From: Flavobacteriales bacterium | Lineage (GTDB): Bacteria > Bacteroidota > Bacteroidia > Flavobacteriales > TMED113 | Length of the DNA stretch: 64,000 nt | Direction: 5' to 3' | Assembly: GCA_002701365.1 (NCBI GenBank) | Contig: NZUK01000009.1 | Span: 42,503-106,502 of the forward strand | Shown here: in pieces, positions 37,842 to 48,464 of the stretch | How positions within the stretch are numbered: position 1 is the stretch's first letter | Layout: the number at the start of each line of letters is the position of its first letter | Translations under genes and position numbers: made by a program | Notes under the pieces: generated by a model | Seen by the model: only the letters and a program-made list of their open reading frames with translations | Databases searched by the model: none | Told to the model about the DNA's origin: nothing

Positions 37842-38037
37842 AATACTTAATATTTTGATTAAAAATTCAGACTCAATATAGTAATTATTGTCGAATTCTT
37901 ATCTAAAAAATTGTTTTTTTTTACTACAAAATTTGTTTTTTTTATTAGTTGCATTTTTTTTTTTTTTATTTCTATAAATAATTAAAGAAAAAAAAGTTAA
38001 AAAAACTAAATAATATTACATTGGTATTGAATTATAT

Positions 38038-38778
38038 ATGAAACCTATGAGATTACATGATAAAATGATTAAAAACGGCCACCTCTTATTTAAATACCGA
38101 GGTCAATTTCCATTATTATTACTATTCGCATCGATTATAATTATATACAATACCGATTGTTGCCAAGCACCAGATAACACAAAAATTACAATACAAATTC
38201 TTGCAATAATAATTGCTCTTTTAGGTTTAATTCTAAGATACTTTACGATTGGAACAACACCAGAGGGCACCTCAGGCAGGAACAGAGATGAACAAATTGC
38301 AAAACAATTGAATACAACAGGCATCTATTCAATTGTAAGAAATCCTCTTTACCTTGCAAACTATATTATATGGATAAGTATTGCAATATATTCGTTAAAT
38401 GTAATACTCATGATATTAATATCATTAGTGTTTTTTATTTATTATGAACGTATAATTTTAACTGAAGAAGAATACTTATTGCAGAAATTTAAAAATAAGT
38501 ACATCGCATTTTGCCAAAAAGTACCTGTATTTATACCCTACTTTAAGAATTATCAAAAATCACAACACCCATTGTCTGTCAAGAAAATACTAAAACAAGA
38601 GTACTCAACTACAATAAGTACTATTATTGTGTTCTTATATATTGACGGAGTTATACATTATTTCTGTAATAGCACTATATATATAAAACCTATTTATATT
38701 CAAATTTTAATAATAAGCTTAGGGCTAACAGTATTACTAAAAATCATTAAAACTTATTCAGATATTCTAGAGAATTAA
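38038..38778 (+). CDS. Isoprenylcysteine carboxyl methyltransferase (ICMT/PEMT-like) family membrane methyltransferase
   Basis: 246 aa, polytopic. TTGIYSIVRNPLYLANYIIWISIA matches the ICMT-family SAM-binding region, and EEEYLLQKF follows it. Confidence 0.7.
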   Translation: MKPMRLHDKMIKNGHLLFKYRGQFPLLLLFASIIIIYNTDCCQAPDNTKITIQILAIIIALLGLILRYFTIGTTPEGTSGRNRDEQIAKQLNTTGIYSIVRNPLYLANYIIWISIAIYSLNVILMILISLVFFIYYERIILTEEEYLLQKFKNKYIAFCQKVPVFIPYFKNYQKSQHPLSVKKILKQEYSTTISTIIVFLYIDGVIHYFCNSTIYIKPIYIQILIISLGLTVLLKIIKTYSDILEN

Positions 38779-38794
38779 AATCAAGTTAAACTAT

Positions 38795-40249
38795 CTAATA
38801 AGTAGATTTTTTAGAACTTGAAATCATAAATAATAATCCACATGTTATAATAGCATTGACAATAATTAAATCAGGTCCAAAATTAAATCCATTTAGCATA
38901 TAAGTATCATAAGTATATAATAAATATGATAAACAAGGAGCAACTAAAACGACAATGGGAACAAAACGGTCAATCACTTTCCTTTGAGTAAATAAACCAA
39001 AAACAAATAAACCTAGCAATGGACCATAAGTAAAACTAGCTAGCAAAAATAATGTAGCAATTATACTGTCATTATTTAAATAATTGACAAGTAAAATAAC
39101 TAAAAAAAGCAAAAGAGATATAAGGACATGAACCAAATTTCTTTGAGAAAAAAAATTAGTAGATGTATCCTTTTGTTTCATATCTAAAAAATCTATACAA
39201 AAACAAGTAGTTAAAGAAGTTAATGCAGAATCTGCACTAGAGTAAGCTGCAGACATGAGGCCTAAAAAAAAGAGAACAAATACAAATACACCTAATTCAC
39301 CATATTTAATAATATCAACAAATAAATTATCACCTGATGAAGCTATATTATTGAAGTCTGCATATTGGTATAATAACGCCCCTAGATAAAGAAAAAAAAT
39401 ATTAACAAATACCAAAACTAAACTAAACCAAATCATATTTTTTTGAGCTTCTTTCAAATTTTTACAAGATAAGTTTTTCTGCATCATATCTTGATCCAGT
39501 CCAGTCATAGCAATAGCGATAAACATTCCGGAAAAAAATGAACGAAAAAAATGTGAGCTATTATTAAAATCATCAAAAGAAAAAAGTCTAAATTTTAAAG
39601 TATTATGCTGAAGACTATCACCAATTGATATAAAGTTTAAATCATTATAAATTAAAAAAATACATGTTATAACAGTGACAAGCATAAATGTTGTCTGCAA
39701 TGTGTCAGTCCATATAATTGTCCTAATACCACCTCTGTAAGTATATATCCAAATTAATAAAATTGTAATGCAAGTAGTAATGTAAAAAGGTACACCTATT
39801 TGATCAAACAACAAAGACTGAAGCACTAATGCAACTAGATACAATCTCAAAGAAGCACCCAATAATCTAGAGAGAAAAAAATAAGACGCTCCTGATCTAT
39901 GCGAATAGTATCCAAAACGTTTTTTTAAATACTCATATATTGAATATACATTGAGTTTATAATACATTGGTAAAAGAATATATGCTACAAATAAATAACC
40001 AGGCACATATCCAAAAACCATTTGCATATAAAAAAACTCTGATTCACCAACCCAACCTGGAACAGACAAGAAGGTAATACCAGAAAGTGTTGCTCCAATC
40101 ATTCCATAAGAGACTATATACCAAGGTGATTTTCTTTTACCAATAAAAAATGATTCATTACTTGCATCCCCTCTAGTTTTATAGGCTACAAAAATCAATA
40201 AACCGAAGTATCCAAATAGAATTAAAAATATTAATAATGGTGACAACAT
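38795..40249 (-). CDS. Sodium:solute symporter family (SSF) transporter
   Basis: 484 aa with about 13 TM segments. The N-terminal region SNESFFIGKRKSPWYIVSYGMIGATLSGITFLSVPG is typical of SSF. Confidence 0.8.
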   Translation of the reverse strand: MLSPLLIFLILFGYFGLLIFVAYKTRGDASNESFFIGKRKSPWYIVSYGMIGATLSGITFLSVPGWVGESEFFYMQMVFGYVPGYLFVAYILLPMYYKLNVYSIYEYLKKRFGYYSHRSGASYFFLSRLLGASLRLYLVALVLQSLLFDQIGVPFYITTCITILLIWIYTYRGGIRTIIWTDTLQTTFMLVTVITCIFLIYNDLNFISIGDSLQHNTLKFRLFSFDDFNNSSHFFRSFFSGMFIAIAMTGLDQDMMQKNLSCKNLKEAQKNMIWFSLVLVFVNIFFLYLGALLYQYADFNNIASSGDNLFVDIIKYGELGVFVFVLFFLGLMSAAYSSADSALTSLTTCFCIDFLDMKQKDTSTNFFSQRNLVHVLISLLLFLVILLVNYLNNDSIIATLFLLASFTYGPLLGLFVFGLFTQRKVIDRFVPIVVLVAPCLSYLLYTYDTYMLNGFNFGPDLIIVNAIITCGLLFMISSSKKSTY

Positions 40250-40293
40250 TTAACAAAGAAAAAAAATACTTCATAAAATCTATCATATTTTTC

Positions 40294-40301
40294 TATTTTT
40301 G
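40294..40301 (+). promoter_or_regulatory. Candidate -7 box (TAnnTTTG) immediately upstream of recR
   Basis: Exact match tatttttg ends 4 nt before the GTG start at 40306. This would imply a leaderless or near-leaderless transcript. Confidence 0.25.
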
Positions 40302-40305
40302 ACAT

Positions 40306-40920
40306 GTGAATTTTCCTTCTTCTCTAATAAAAGATGCTGTTGAAGCAATATCAAATTTTCCTGGAATAGGTAAAAAAAGTGCTTTAAGGCTAGCTATTTA
40401 TTTGCTTAAAAATCAAAAACAAGCATATAACATATCTGATTCAATAAAAAAAATGGTCGAATTAACAAAATATTGTCAAAATTGTCACAACATTTCAAAA
40501 AATGAATTATGTGATATATGTAGTAATCACAATAGAACAAAAGAAACTATTTGTATTGTTGAGGACATAAGAGATATTATTGCAATTGAACAGACCATGC
40601 AGTATAAAGGACATTATCACGTTTTAAATGGACTAATATCACCAATTGAAGGAATTGGACCATCAGATTTGAATTTAAATAGCTTAATTCAAAAAATTTC
40701 TAGCAATACTATTAAGGAGATAATTTTTGCATTGTGTGCAAGTATAGAGGGTGAAACAACAAGTTATTTTATTTTTAAAAAAATAAGAGCATTTGATGTT
40801 AAAATAACTACAATCTCAAAAGGAATTTCAATTGGAAGTGAATTAGAGTATACAGATCAAGTAACTTTAGGAAGGGCTTTATTAAACAGATATTCATTTG
40901 AAAAAACTCTGAAACAATGA
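40306..40920 (+). CDS. recR: Recombination protein RecR
   Basis: HhH FPGIGKKSALRLA, C4 zinc finger CQNCHNISKNELCDIC, and a Toprim region ICIVEDIRD. GTG start. Confidence 0.92.
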   Translation: MNFPSSLIKDAVEAISNFPGIGKKSALRLAIYLLKNQKQAYNISDSIKKMVELTKYCQNCHNISKNELCDICSNHNRTKETICIVEDIRDIIAIEQTMQYKGHYHVLNGLISPIEGIGPSDLNLNSLIQKISSNTIKEIIFALCASIEGETTSYFIFKKIRAFDVKITTISKGISIGSELEYTDQVTLGRALLNRYSFEKTLKQ

Positions 40921-42563
40921 CTCTTTCAATAATTATAGTCAATTATAATGTTAAATATTTTTTACACCAATGTTTAAAATCAATACAATCTGCAAAAAAA
41001 AATATTGAATTAGAAGTCATTGTAGTTGACAATAACTCTGTCGACAACTCTATTGATATGTTGAAAAATAATTTTCCTTATGTGAAACTTATTCCAAATA
41101 AAATTAACATCGGATTTTCAAAAGCAAATAATCAAGCAATTAAGATCGCACAAGGCGAATATGTTTTATTACTTAATCCAGACACTGTTATTCAAGAAAA
41201 TACCTTATTGGAATGTATAAGTTTTTTAAAAAACAATAATAACGTTGGCGCATTAGGAGTAAGGATGATTGATGGTAATGGTATATTTTTACCTGAATCA
41301 AAAAGGTCCTTACCAAGCCCAAGTAGTGCTTTTTATAAAATTTTTGGATTAAGTTATTTATTTCCTAAATCAAAGAAATTTGGAGAGTATCACCTCAATT
41401 ATTTACATGAAGATCAAACAAGTGAAGTTGATGTTCTTTCTGGTGCTTTTTTAATGACCAGAAAAAAAGTTTTAGATCAAGTTGGATTATTAGATGAAAA
41501 TTTTTTCATGTATGGAGAAGACATTGATTTGTCTTATAGAATACAAAAAGCAGGCTACCAAAATATGTATTTCCCAAAAACTACTATTATTCACTACAAA
41601 GGAGAAAGTACAAAAAAAACTAGTATCAATTATATAGTCATTTTTTACAAAGCGATGATACTATTTGTCAAAAAACATTACTCAAATAAAAATGCAAAAA
41701 CTCTTATTTTATTAATTAAGCTAGCAATTTTATTTCGCGCCTCTATATCAATAATTAAAAGGATATTTGTAAAAATCATTCAACCTGTTTTCGATTCTTT
41801 CGTTATGTTTTGCGGCATGTTTTTTATAAAAAATTTATGGGAAAAAATTTACTTTTTAAATGACGACTATTTTCCAAATTCATACTTAAACTATATAGTC
41901 CCAATATATATCATATTTTGGCTAATAGGAATCCAAGTAAACCAAGGTTATAAAAGACCATATGAATTAAAAAATGTTCCAAAAGGAGTTCTTGCTGGCA
42001 CAATAGCAATGTTACTTATATATGCATTAATTCCTGAAGAATTACGATTTTCAAGAGCATTAATTATATTAGGTGCTACCTGGAGTATACTTAGCATAGT
42101 TACAACGCGTTATTTACTCAGTTATTCTAAAGTAAATATTTTTAAAATTCTAAAAAATGAAAATAAAAGAATTGCCGTAATATCTGATAATAGTGAATAT
42201 GAACGAATTGGTAAAATAATTAATAAAAATCAATCTAAGATGGGCTTTATTGGTCAAATACACGTGCAAGAACATGCTAACAAATCCCTAGGGCATATTT
42301 CTCAATTTAATGAAATAATTAAAATTTATAAAATAAATGAAATAATATTTTCATCCAAAGACATGCATGCAAATACTATAATAAAAATGATATCAAACAT
42401 AAGCTCTAATATACAAGTCAAGATAGCTCCATCGGAAAGTACATTTATTATTGGCAGTAACTCGAACGTTTATAAAGACGAATTATATAACTTCAATCAT
42501 ATAAAAACTAAAAAGGATGTTATAAAGACTTTTTTTAAAAAATATATAGACTTTTTTAGTTAG
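40917..42563 (+). CDS. Glycosyltransferase family 2 fused to a C-terminal membrane/Rossmann-like region
   Basis: The N-terminus SIIIVNYNVKYFL...VVDNNSVDNS...LLLNPDT...MYGEDIDLSYR is GT2 (GT-A, with DxD-like ED..D). The C-terminal half has about 5 TM segments, then a segment like the N-terminal part of polyprenyl-phosphate sugar transferases. Confidence 0.8.
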   Translation: MTLSIIIVNYNVKYFLHQCLKSIQSAKKNIELEVIVVDNNSVDNSIDMLKNNFPYVKLIPNKINIGFSKANNQAIKIAQGEYVLLLNPDTVIQENTLLECISFLKNNNNVGALGVRMIDGNGIFLPESKRSLPSPSSAFYKIFGLSYLFPKSKKFGEYHLNYLHEDQTSEVDVLSGAFLMTRKKVLDQVGLLDENFFMYGEDIDLSYRIQKAGYQNMYFPKTTIIHYKGESTKKTSINYIVIFYKAMILFVKKHYSNKNAKTLILLIKLAILFRASISIIKRIFVKIIQPVFDSFVMFCGMFFIKNLWEKIYFLNDDYFPNSYLNYIVPIYIIFWLIGIQVNQGYKRPYELKNVPKGVLAGTIAMLLIYALIPEELRFSRALIILGATWSILSIVTTRYLLSYSKVNIFKILKNENKRIAVISDNSEYERIGKIINKNQSKMGFIGQIHVQEHANKSLGHISQFNEIIKIYKINEIIFSSKDMHANTIIKMISNISSNIQVKIAPSESTFIIGSNSNVYKDELYNFNHIKTKKDVIKTFFKKYIDFFS

Positions 42564-42568
42564 ATTTG
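42561..42568 (+). promoter_or_regulatory. Candidate -7 box (TAnnTTTG) for the E2 gene
   Basis: Exact match tagatttg overlaps the GT2 stop codon, 36 nt upstream of the ATG at 42605. Confidence 0.3.
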
Positions 42569-42604
42569 TCAAGTGTAATTTTAGCATATTCAAAATAGAT
42601 TTTT

Positions 42605-43972
42605 ATGGCAAAAGTTAATATCATTATGCCTAAAATGGGTGAAAGTGTTGCTGAAGCAACTATTATTAAGTGGGTTAAAAATACTGGAGATAGTATTGAA
42701 GTCGATGAAACAATAGTAGAAATAGCTACTGATAAGGTTGATTCTGAAATACCTTCAATAACTAAAGGAATTTTACTCGAAAAACTATACCAGGAAGATG
42801 ACGTTGTAAAAGTAGGTGAAATTATCGCAGTTATAGACGATGGTAGTAACGATACCGTTAATGTCAATGATAGTCTCAAAGAAACTCAAAAAAATGAAAC
42901 ACAATCAGACACTATAAATCATCAAACTTCTGAATTAGAGAAAAATGCAAAACATGCCAAAAAATTACAAGAACAAGATTCTCAACTAAATAATTTAACT
43001 ACTCAAAAGACTGATACACATAATACGGAAAATATATTTTTTTCACCACTAGTCAAAAGCATAGCAAAGAAAGAAAACATATCTCAATTAGAATTAGAAA
43101 AAATATCTGGAACTGGGAAGAATGGACGCGTCACAAAAAATGATATTTTAAATTATGTGGAAAATAAAAGAACAACTAAACCCATCCAAAATATTGATAA
43201 AAATTCTATTGATGATCAAAATCGTTTAACAAAATCACAATCAATAAATCCATTAAAATATAAAAATGCTGAAATGGTGGAAATGGATAGAATGAGAATT
43301 CTGATTGCCAAACATATGATCGATAGCAAGGCAACTTCTGCTCACGTCACTTCGTTCGCTGAGGCAGATGTGTCTAAAATTGTAGAATGGAGAAATAGGG
43401 TTAAAAATAAATTTTTTGAGCGTGAAAATCAAAAAATAACATATACTCCAATAATATTTGAGTCCGTCATTAAAGCAATTCAAGATTTTCCACTAATTAA
43501 TATATCTGTTGATGGCAATTATATTGTAAAACATAAAAACATACATTTAGGTATGGCAACTGCCCTACCAACAGGTAACCTGATTGTACCTGTAATTAAA
43601 AACTCTCAAGAAAAAAACATACTAGGATTAACTAATTCTGTAAATGATTTAGCAAAAAGAGCACGTGAAAATAAATTACAGCCCGATGAAATTAGTGGAG
43701 GAACCTTTACAATAACAAATGTTGGGTCATTTGGAAGTGTCATGGGTACGCCAATAATAAATCAACCACAAGTAGCAATACTTGCATTGGGTAAAATTCA
43801 AAAAAAACCAACCGTCATTGAAACAGAATTTGGTGATACGATTGGCATAAGATCAAAAATGTTTTTGTCGCTATCATATGACCACAGAGTTGTTGACGGA
43901 GCATTAGGAGGACAATTTTTGCAACGAATTTGTCACTACATGGAATCATTTGATACTTCTAAAGAAATATGA
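42605..43972 (+). CDS. 2-oxoacid dehydrogenase complex E2 component (dihydrolipoamide acyltransferase)
   Basis: The lipoyl domain has EIATDKV (lipoyl-Lys). A long polar linker follows, then the E3/E1-binding SPLVKSIAKKENI...GTGKNGRVTKNDI, then the catalytic SLSYDHRVVDGA motif. Confidence 0.9.
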   Translation: MAKVNIIMPKMGESVAEATIIKWVKNTGDSIEVDETIVEIATDKVDSEIPSITKGILLEKLYQEDDVVKVGEIIAVIDDGSNDTVNVNDSLKETQKNETQSDTINHQTSELEKNAKHAKKLQEQDSQLNNLTTQKTDTHNTENIFFSPLVKSIAKKENISQLELEKISGTGKNGRVTKNDILNYVENKRTTKPIQNIDKNSIDDQNRLTKSQSINPLKYKNAEMVEMDRMRILIAKHMIDSKATSAHVTSFAEADVSKIVEWRNRVKNKFFERENQKITYTPIIFESVIKAIQDFPLINISVDGNYIVKHKNIHLGMATALPTGNLIVPVIKNSQEKNILGLTNSVNDLAKRARENKLQPDEISGGTFTITNVGSFGSVMGTPIINQPQVAILALGKIQKKPTVIETEFGDTIGIRSKMFLSLSYDHRVVDGALGGQFLQRICHYMESFDTSKEI

Positions 43973-44580
43973 AAATTATTTGTATTGGGCGAAATTATAA
44001 AAATCACATAATGGAATTAAATAGTTCTACCCCAAAAGAAATGATATTTTTCTTAAAACCTGAAACTGCTATTCCCCTGAAAAATCAACCATTTTTTATA
44101 CCTGACTTCTCTGAAGAAATTCATCATGAAATTGAAGTAGTTATAAAAATTTGTAAGACTGGAAAACATATAGAGCCTAAGTTTGCACATACGTATTTTG
44201 ATGAATTTACATTAGGTATTGATTTTACCGCTAGAGATATTCAAAATAATATTAAAAAAAATGGAGAACCATGGGAAAAAGCAAAAGCATTTGATGGTTC
44301 AGCCCCTATAGGATTTTTCTTAAAAAAGAGTTCCGTGAACGATATACAAAATATAAATTTTAAACTTTTTATAAATAAAGCAGAAAAACAATGTGGAAAT
44401 ACTAAAAACATGATTCACAAGATTGATCATATTATATCTTATGTATCTAAATATATTACATTAAAAAAAGGTGATTTAATATTTACTGGAACTCCATCCG
44501 GTGTAAGTAAGGTAATGAAAAATGATTATCTTGAAGGATATATAGAAAATCAACGAATTCTCGACATATTAATAAAGTAA
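43969..44580 (+). CDS. Fumarylacetoacetate hydrolase (FAH) family protein
   Basis: 203 aa. Motifs: MKIICIGRNYKNH, HEIEVV and the C-terminal GDLIFTGTPSGV. Confidence 0.85.
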   Translation: MKIICIGRNYKNHIMELNSSTPKEMIFFLKPETAIPLKNQPFFIPDFSEEIHHEIEVVIKICKTGKHIEPKFAHTYFDEFTLGIDFTARDIQNNIKKNGEPWEKAKAFDGSAPIGFFLKKSSVNDIQNINFKLFINKAEKQCGNTKNMIHKIDHIISYVSKYITLKKGDLIFTGTPSGVSKVMKNDYLEGYIENQRILDILIK

Positions 44581-44582
44581 GA

Positions 44583-45302
44583 TTAAAGTAAATCAAATAA
44601 ATTTCGAGACCCTAGATATCTGTTAGTCAAAAAGCCCTCGGCATAGTCAACAGATATAAAACGCCCCAAGTCAGCACATCTATTTTTAACCAAATCTAAA
44701 AAAGATTTTTTTGAAATTAAAGTATCTGACTCATTTGATTCGGGATTATAAAACTGAGAGGAATAAGATTTTATAACATCCATTTTTAAATTCATAAATT
44801 TTGATATATCAACAACAAAATCAGGCTTTTGGTCATTATATTGAAGATAATTGTACAATGCCTGAGGCCGATGTGGCTTTTGCACTATGTTATTATATGT
44901 TGTCGTAATTTTTTCTAAACCCGATAAAAAACAAGCATCATATATTAAATCCGATGCTCTACCATGATCTGGATGTCTATCAAAATTCGTATTACATAAA
45001 ATAATAGAAGGTTGATAAGCACGAATTTTTGTAATAACGGCTAATTTATTTTGTTCATTATTTTCAAAAAAACCATCTTGAAAACCTAGATTTTCTCTAA
45101 ATATTAGGTTCATTTTATTAGCAGCAATATCGGCTTCTTTTTTTCTAATGAATGTATTTCCTCTAGTACCTAATTCACCTTTAGTTAAATCGATAACACC
45201 TACTTTAGCGCCCAATGAAGTTTGCAATAAAATAGTTCCTGCGCAGCCTAATTCTACATCATCCGGATGAGCTCCAAAAGCTAGTATATCAATTTTACTC
45301 AT
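44583..45302 (-). CDS. bshB1: Bacillithiol biosynthesis deacetylase BshB1 (PIG-L/LmbE family)
   Basis: Motifs: ILAFGAHPDDVELGCAGTIL, LTKGELGTRG and DRHPDHGRAS. I prefer the ATG at 45302 (MSKIDIL) to 45341, which would overlap ccsA. Confidence 0.85.
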   Translation of the reverse strand: MSKIDILAFGAHPDDVELGCAGTILLQTSLGAKVGVIDLTKGELGTRGNTFIRKKEADIAANKMNLIFRENLGFQDGFFENNEQNKLAVITKIRAYQPSIILCNTNFDRHPDHGRASDLIYDACFLSGLEKITTTYNNIVQKPHRPQALYNYLQYNDQKPDFVVDISKFMNLKMDVIKSYSSQFYNPESNESDTLISKKSFLDLVKNRCADLGRFISVDYAEGFLTNRYLGSRNLFDLL

Positions 45303-45306
45303 ATTA

Positions 45307-47001
45307 TTAATTAATCCATTTGTTAAATCTAAAAAACCCAATAAACGAAATAAACATTAAAGTTACAAAAGTAGGAAAAACAAATGAGGGAACCGGGAAG
45401 GCATCACCAGCAGCATATGAATGCAAACCATCCAAATAGTAATTAACACCAAAATATGTCATTAAAATAGCGCTGAAACCAAACAATGCACAAACATTAA
45501 AATAATATGTGTACCTAATAGATTTAAGTAGTCTGATATGAAGAATAATTGCATAAACAATACAACTTACAAGTGCCCAGGTTTCTTTAGGATCCCAACC
45601 CCAATATCTTCCCCAAGATTCATTGGCCCAGACACCACCTAAAAAAGTCCCAACTGTCAATAAAAAAAGACCAATAATCATGGATTGCTCATTAATTATA
45701 GTTAAGTTTTTTACATTTTCTTTAACGATTTGACTATGACCTAAAATAATTAAAAAAATACTCATGAGGCCAAGAAAAGCACATAACCCAAAAAAACCAT
45801 AACTAGAAGTAATAACAGAGACATGAATCATTAGCCAGTACGATTTTAAAACAGGAACTAAATTAGTAATTTCAGGATTTAACCAGTTTAAATTTGCTAC
45901 AAAAAGTAACATTGCCGCGACCAATGAGGCAGCTACAATAGCAAAGTCTGATTTTTTAGAAAATATAATGCCCGCTAACATTGTTGCAAAAGAAATAAAT
46001 ATGACAGATTCATAACCATTGCTCCAAGGAGCATGGCCAGAAATATACCATCTTAAAATCAAAGCAAATAAATGGAATAGAAATCCTGAAACAATAATAG
46101 CATACAATCCTTTGATTAATAATTTAGATACTCTGTTGATATAGAAAATTTGAATCAATAAAAGTACTAGAAAAAATATACCTGAGATTAAATAAAGAGC
46201 AAATAACTTACTCCAACCAAACGGATCTAATTCATTATATAAAATTTCTAAATTAATTTTTAAAGTATTTGGTAAAATTGTCTTAGCATATTCATTTTGA
46301 AAATTAGTAATAAATTGCAATATGGAATTTGCTGGTTCCCAATTATCATTTTCAAATGCAGTAAAAATTAAATCACGATATATATATTTAAAACTCTGCG
46401 TCTTAAGAGAGTCTATCCCAGGAATTTGCATAGAAACATCTGTTGACCAGATATTTTCAATGGATTCTTTTGAAGGAAATATTGAAATAAATTGGTCAGA
46501 AAAAAGCATAGAACAAATATTAACTCGCTCATCTACCGCAATAACTTCTTTATCAAACTTATTTCTATCAATTGGTTTTTTAGAATATGCTGACTCAACA
46601 TAAGGAGTTAATATATATTCATTTTTTTGATTAAAAAATGAAACAAATGCAACATGTAAATCACTTTGTTCTATAAGTTTTAAAATGTCTTCATGAGTAA
46701 CTTTAATAATTGGAGCCATTTGCCATAATAATGGATCTATTGTCATTCCTAAGACAATCTGAACAGGATTTTGACCAAGTAGCTGTTGTTTACGGGAAAT
46801 TTTACGCAATATTTCAGAAGAAACTGTATGAAAAGGTTTTATGCGACCCTGATTATCTTGTGACAAAATTTTTGAAAATGAACTAGCATGATCCTGGTTA
46901 ATAGTTCTAGATTTAAATAAACTATCTAAAGATGGATTAGAGGCCATAGTCAAGTAGTTCAATAAAAGGAACCAAAAAAAGTAAAAAATCTTATGAGTCA
47001 T
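45307..47001 (-). CDS. ccsA: Cytochrome c biogenesis protein CcsA/ResC (System II heme handling)
   Basis: 564 aa. The Trp-rich WWD motif is WGRYWGWDPKETWAL. It has multiple TM segments and a long N-terminal periplasmic extension. Confidence 0.88.
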   Translation of the reverse strand: MTHKIFYFFWFLLLNYLTMASNPSLDSLFKSRTINQDHASSFSKILSQDNQGRIKPFHTVSSEILRKISRKQQLLGQNPVQIVLGMTIDPLLWQMAPIIKVTHEDILKLIEQSDLHVAFVSFFNQKNEYILTPYVESAYSKKPIDRNKFDKEVIAVDERVNICSMLFSDQFISIFPSKESIENIWSTDVSMQIPGIDSLKTQSFKYIYRDLIFTAFENDNWEPANSILQFITNFQNEYAKTILPNTLKINLEILYNELDPFGWSKLFALYLISGIFFLVLLLIQIFYINRVSKLLIKGLYAIIVSGFLFHLFALILRWYISGHAPWSNGYESVIFISFATMLAGIIFSKKSDFAIVAASLVAAMLLFVANLNWLNPEITNLVPVLKSYWLMIHVSVITSSYGFFGLCAFLGLMSIFLIILGHSQIVKENVKNLTIINEQSMIIGLFLLTVGTFLGGVWANESWGRYWGWDPKETWALVSCIVYAIILHIRLLKSIRYTYYFNVCALFGFSAILMTYFGVNYYLDGLHSYAAGDAFPVPSFVFPTFVTLMFISFIGFFRFNKWIN

Positions 47002-47012
47002 CTTAATAATTT

Positions 47013-48404
47013 TTAAGTTCTATGATTATTAATTTTTTTTCCTAATAAATTAATCCTTGAAAACTTAGAAAGAAATACCGCTACCACCGACAAAAGTAAT
47101 GACAAGTACCCTAAATAAGTAATCATTGTACCCCATTTATCTTGATTAACAGAAAGAATAGTGCCTTTTTCATCTTTATCATATGAAGATTGGAAGAATC
47201 TGTATCCCCTGTAGTTTAAAACATTATTCATGAAAATTCTATAGTCAAATGTAGTATCACCATCCATAACCTGAATTTCACTAGCAAAAGATGAGGGACT
47301 ATCTGAACCAGGATAACGTTCTAGCTGAAAATCTTTTAAATAAATAGCAAAGGGTAAAGTATGATTAAGTGCACCGTATGAAAAAGAGAAAAACAAACCA
47401 TTAAAAGTGAAATACTCTTTTGATGCAATGGCACCTCTACCACCATATAAATTAAGGATAGTGTCCTTTTCAGAGATACTAAGTTTCACTTGAAGCAAGT
47501 CAGGCTGTAATTCATCATTTTTAATTGTAGAAGATTTTTTTATGATCCTTGCATTAGAATAGTAATTCTTAAAAACCATACTTTGACCATTTATGGTATA
47601 TAGTGTCTTATGATTTAACCTGTGTTTAGTATTACTATTAAGGATACCCTTTGACTGATCTGACATCCTCATATAATCAACTTCATAAATACTGGAAAAA
47701 TAAAATAAAGAATCGACTTTAAATACCTCAAAATCGGATTGAAACTGATGATCAAATCCGACATTAATACCGTTAATGACACTTTGATTATATCTGTTTA
47801 AATACTTCGAGTCCATTCCTCCTTCTTTTGCAGGAACAATAAATTCTACTATATTTTCACCTTGATCTGTTGTTTCTAATAAGAAATCAACTGGATCTTG
47901 AATAAAATTATGATATTCTATTTGAACATTTTTGTGGTCAAAAGAAATAGGTATTTTAAATTGATTTTTTGAAATTGAAGATAACAATAACTCTTTTTTA
48001 CCATTATATTCGAACTTATTATCATGGATCTTAAACTCCAAAAATAGATTACTGGAAATAAATTGACTATTTAAACTCCCTTCTCTGATTCTCATGACCC
48101 CCTCTTGACCAACATACCTAGTGATTCCAGCGCCAATAATAATTAAAATAAAAGATAGATGCAAAAATAAAATTGGCAGTTTATTTAATGAGTGTAATTT
48201 ATATTTAAATATATTGAAGATAAAAATAGAACATAATACAAAAAGACACAGTTCTAGCCACCAAGAATTAAAAACTACTGCTCTTGCAGCAATTGTCCCA
48301 TAGTCATTTTCTAAAAATGTAGCAAGCCCAATGGAAATAGCAAAAAATAACATTAATAATAATGCTGCAGGAATTGACAATAAATTGTTAAAAAAACGAT
48401 TCAA
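47013..48404 (-). CDS. resB: Cytochrome c biogenesis protein ResB/Ccs1
   Basis: 463 aa. The N-terminus LLSIPAALLLMLFFAISIGLATFLENDYGT matches the ResB start, so the TTG at 48404 is required. It lies directly upstream of ccsA. Confidence 0.85.
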   Translation of the reverse strand: MNRFFNNLLSIPAALLLMLFFAISIGLATFLENDYGTIAARAVVFNSWWLELCLFVLCSIFIFNIFKYKLHSLNKLPILFLHLSFILIIIGAGITRYVGQEGVMRIREGSLNSQFISSNLFLEFKIHDNKFEYNGKKELLLSSISKNQFKIPISFDHKNVQIEYHNFIQDPVDFLLETTDQGENIVEFIVPAKEGGMDSKYLNRYNQSVINGINVGFDHQFQSDFEVFKVDSLFYFSSIYEVDYMRMSDQSKGILNSNTKHRLNHKTLYTINGQSMVFKNYYSNARIIKKSSTIKNDELQPDLLQVKLSISEKDTILNLYGGRGAIASKEYFTFNGLFFSFSYGALNHTLPFAIYLKDFQLERYPGSDSPSSFASEIQVMDGDTTFDYRIFMNNVLNYRGYRFFQSSYDKDEKGTILSVNQDKWGTMITYLGYLSLLLSVVAVFLSKFSRINLLGKKINNHRT

Positions 48405-48464
48405 AATTTAAATTTTATTAATCAAAACAAAAGTATTTATTTTTATGATTATATTAACGTTAAG

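Noticed and set aside
42556-42879. 107-aa ORF antisense to the lipoyl domain of the E2 gene
   Set aside because: The Ser/Thr/Ile-rich translation mirrors the E2 coding strand, and the E2 frame has the lipoyl-lysine motif.
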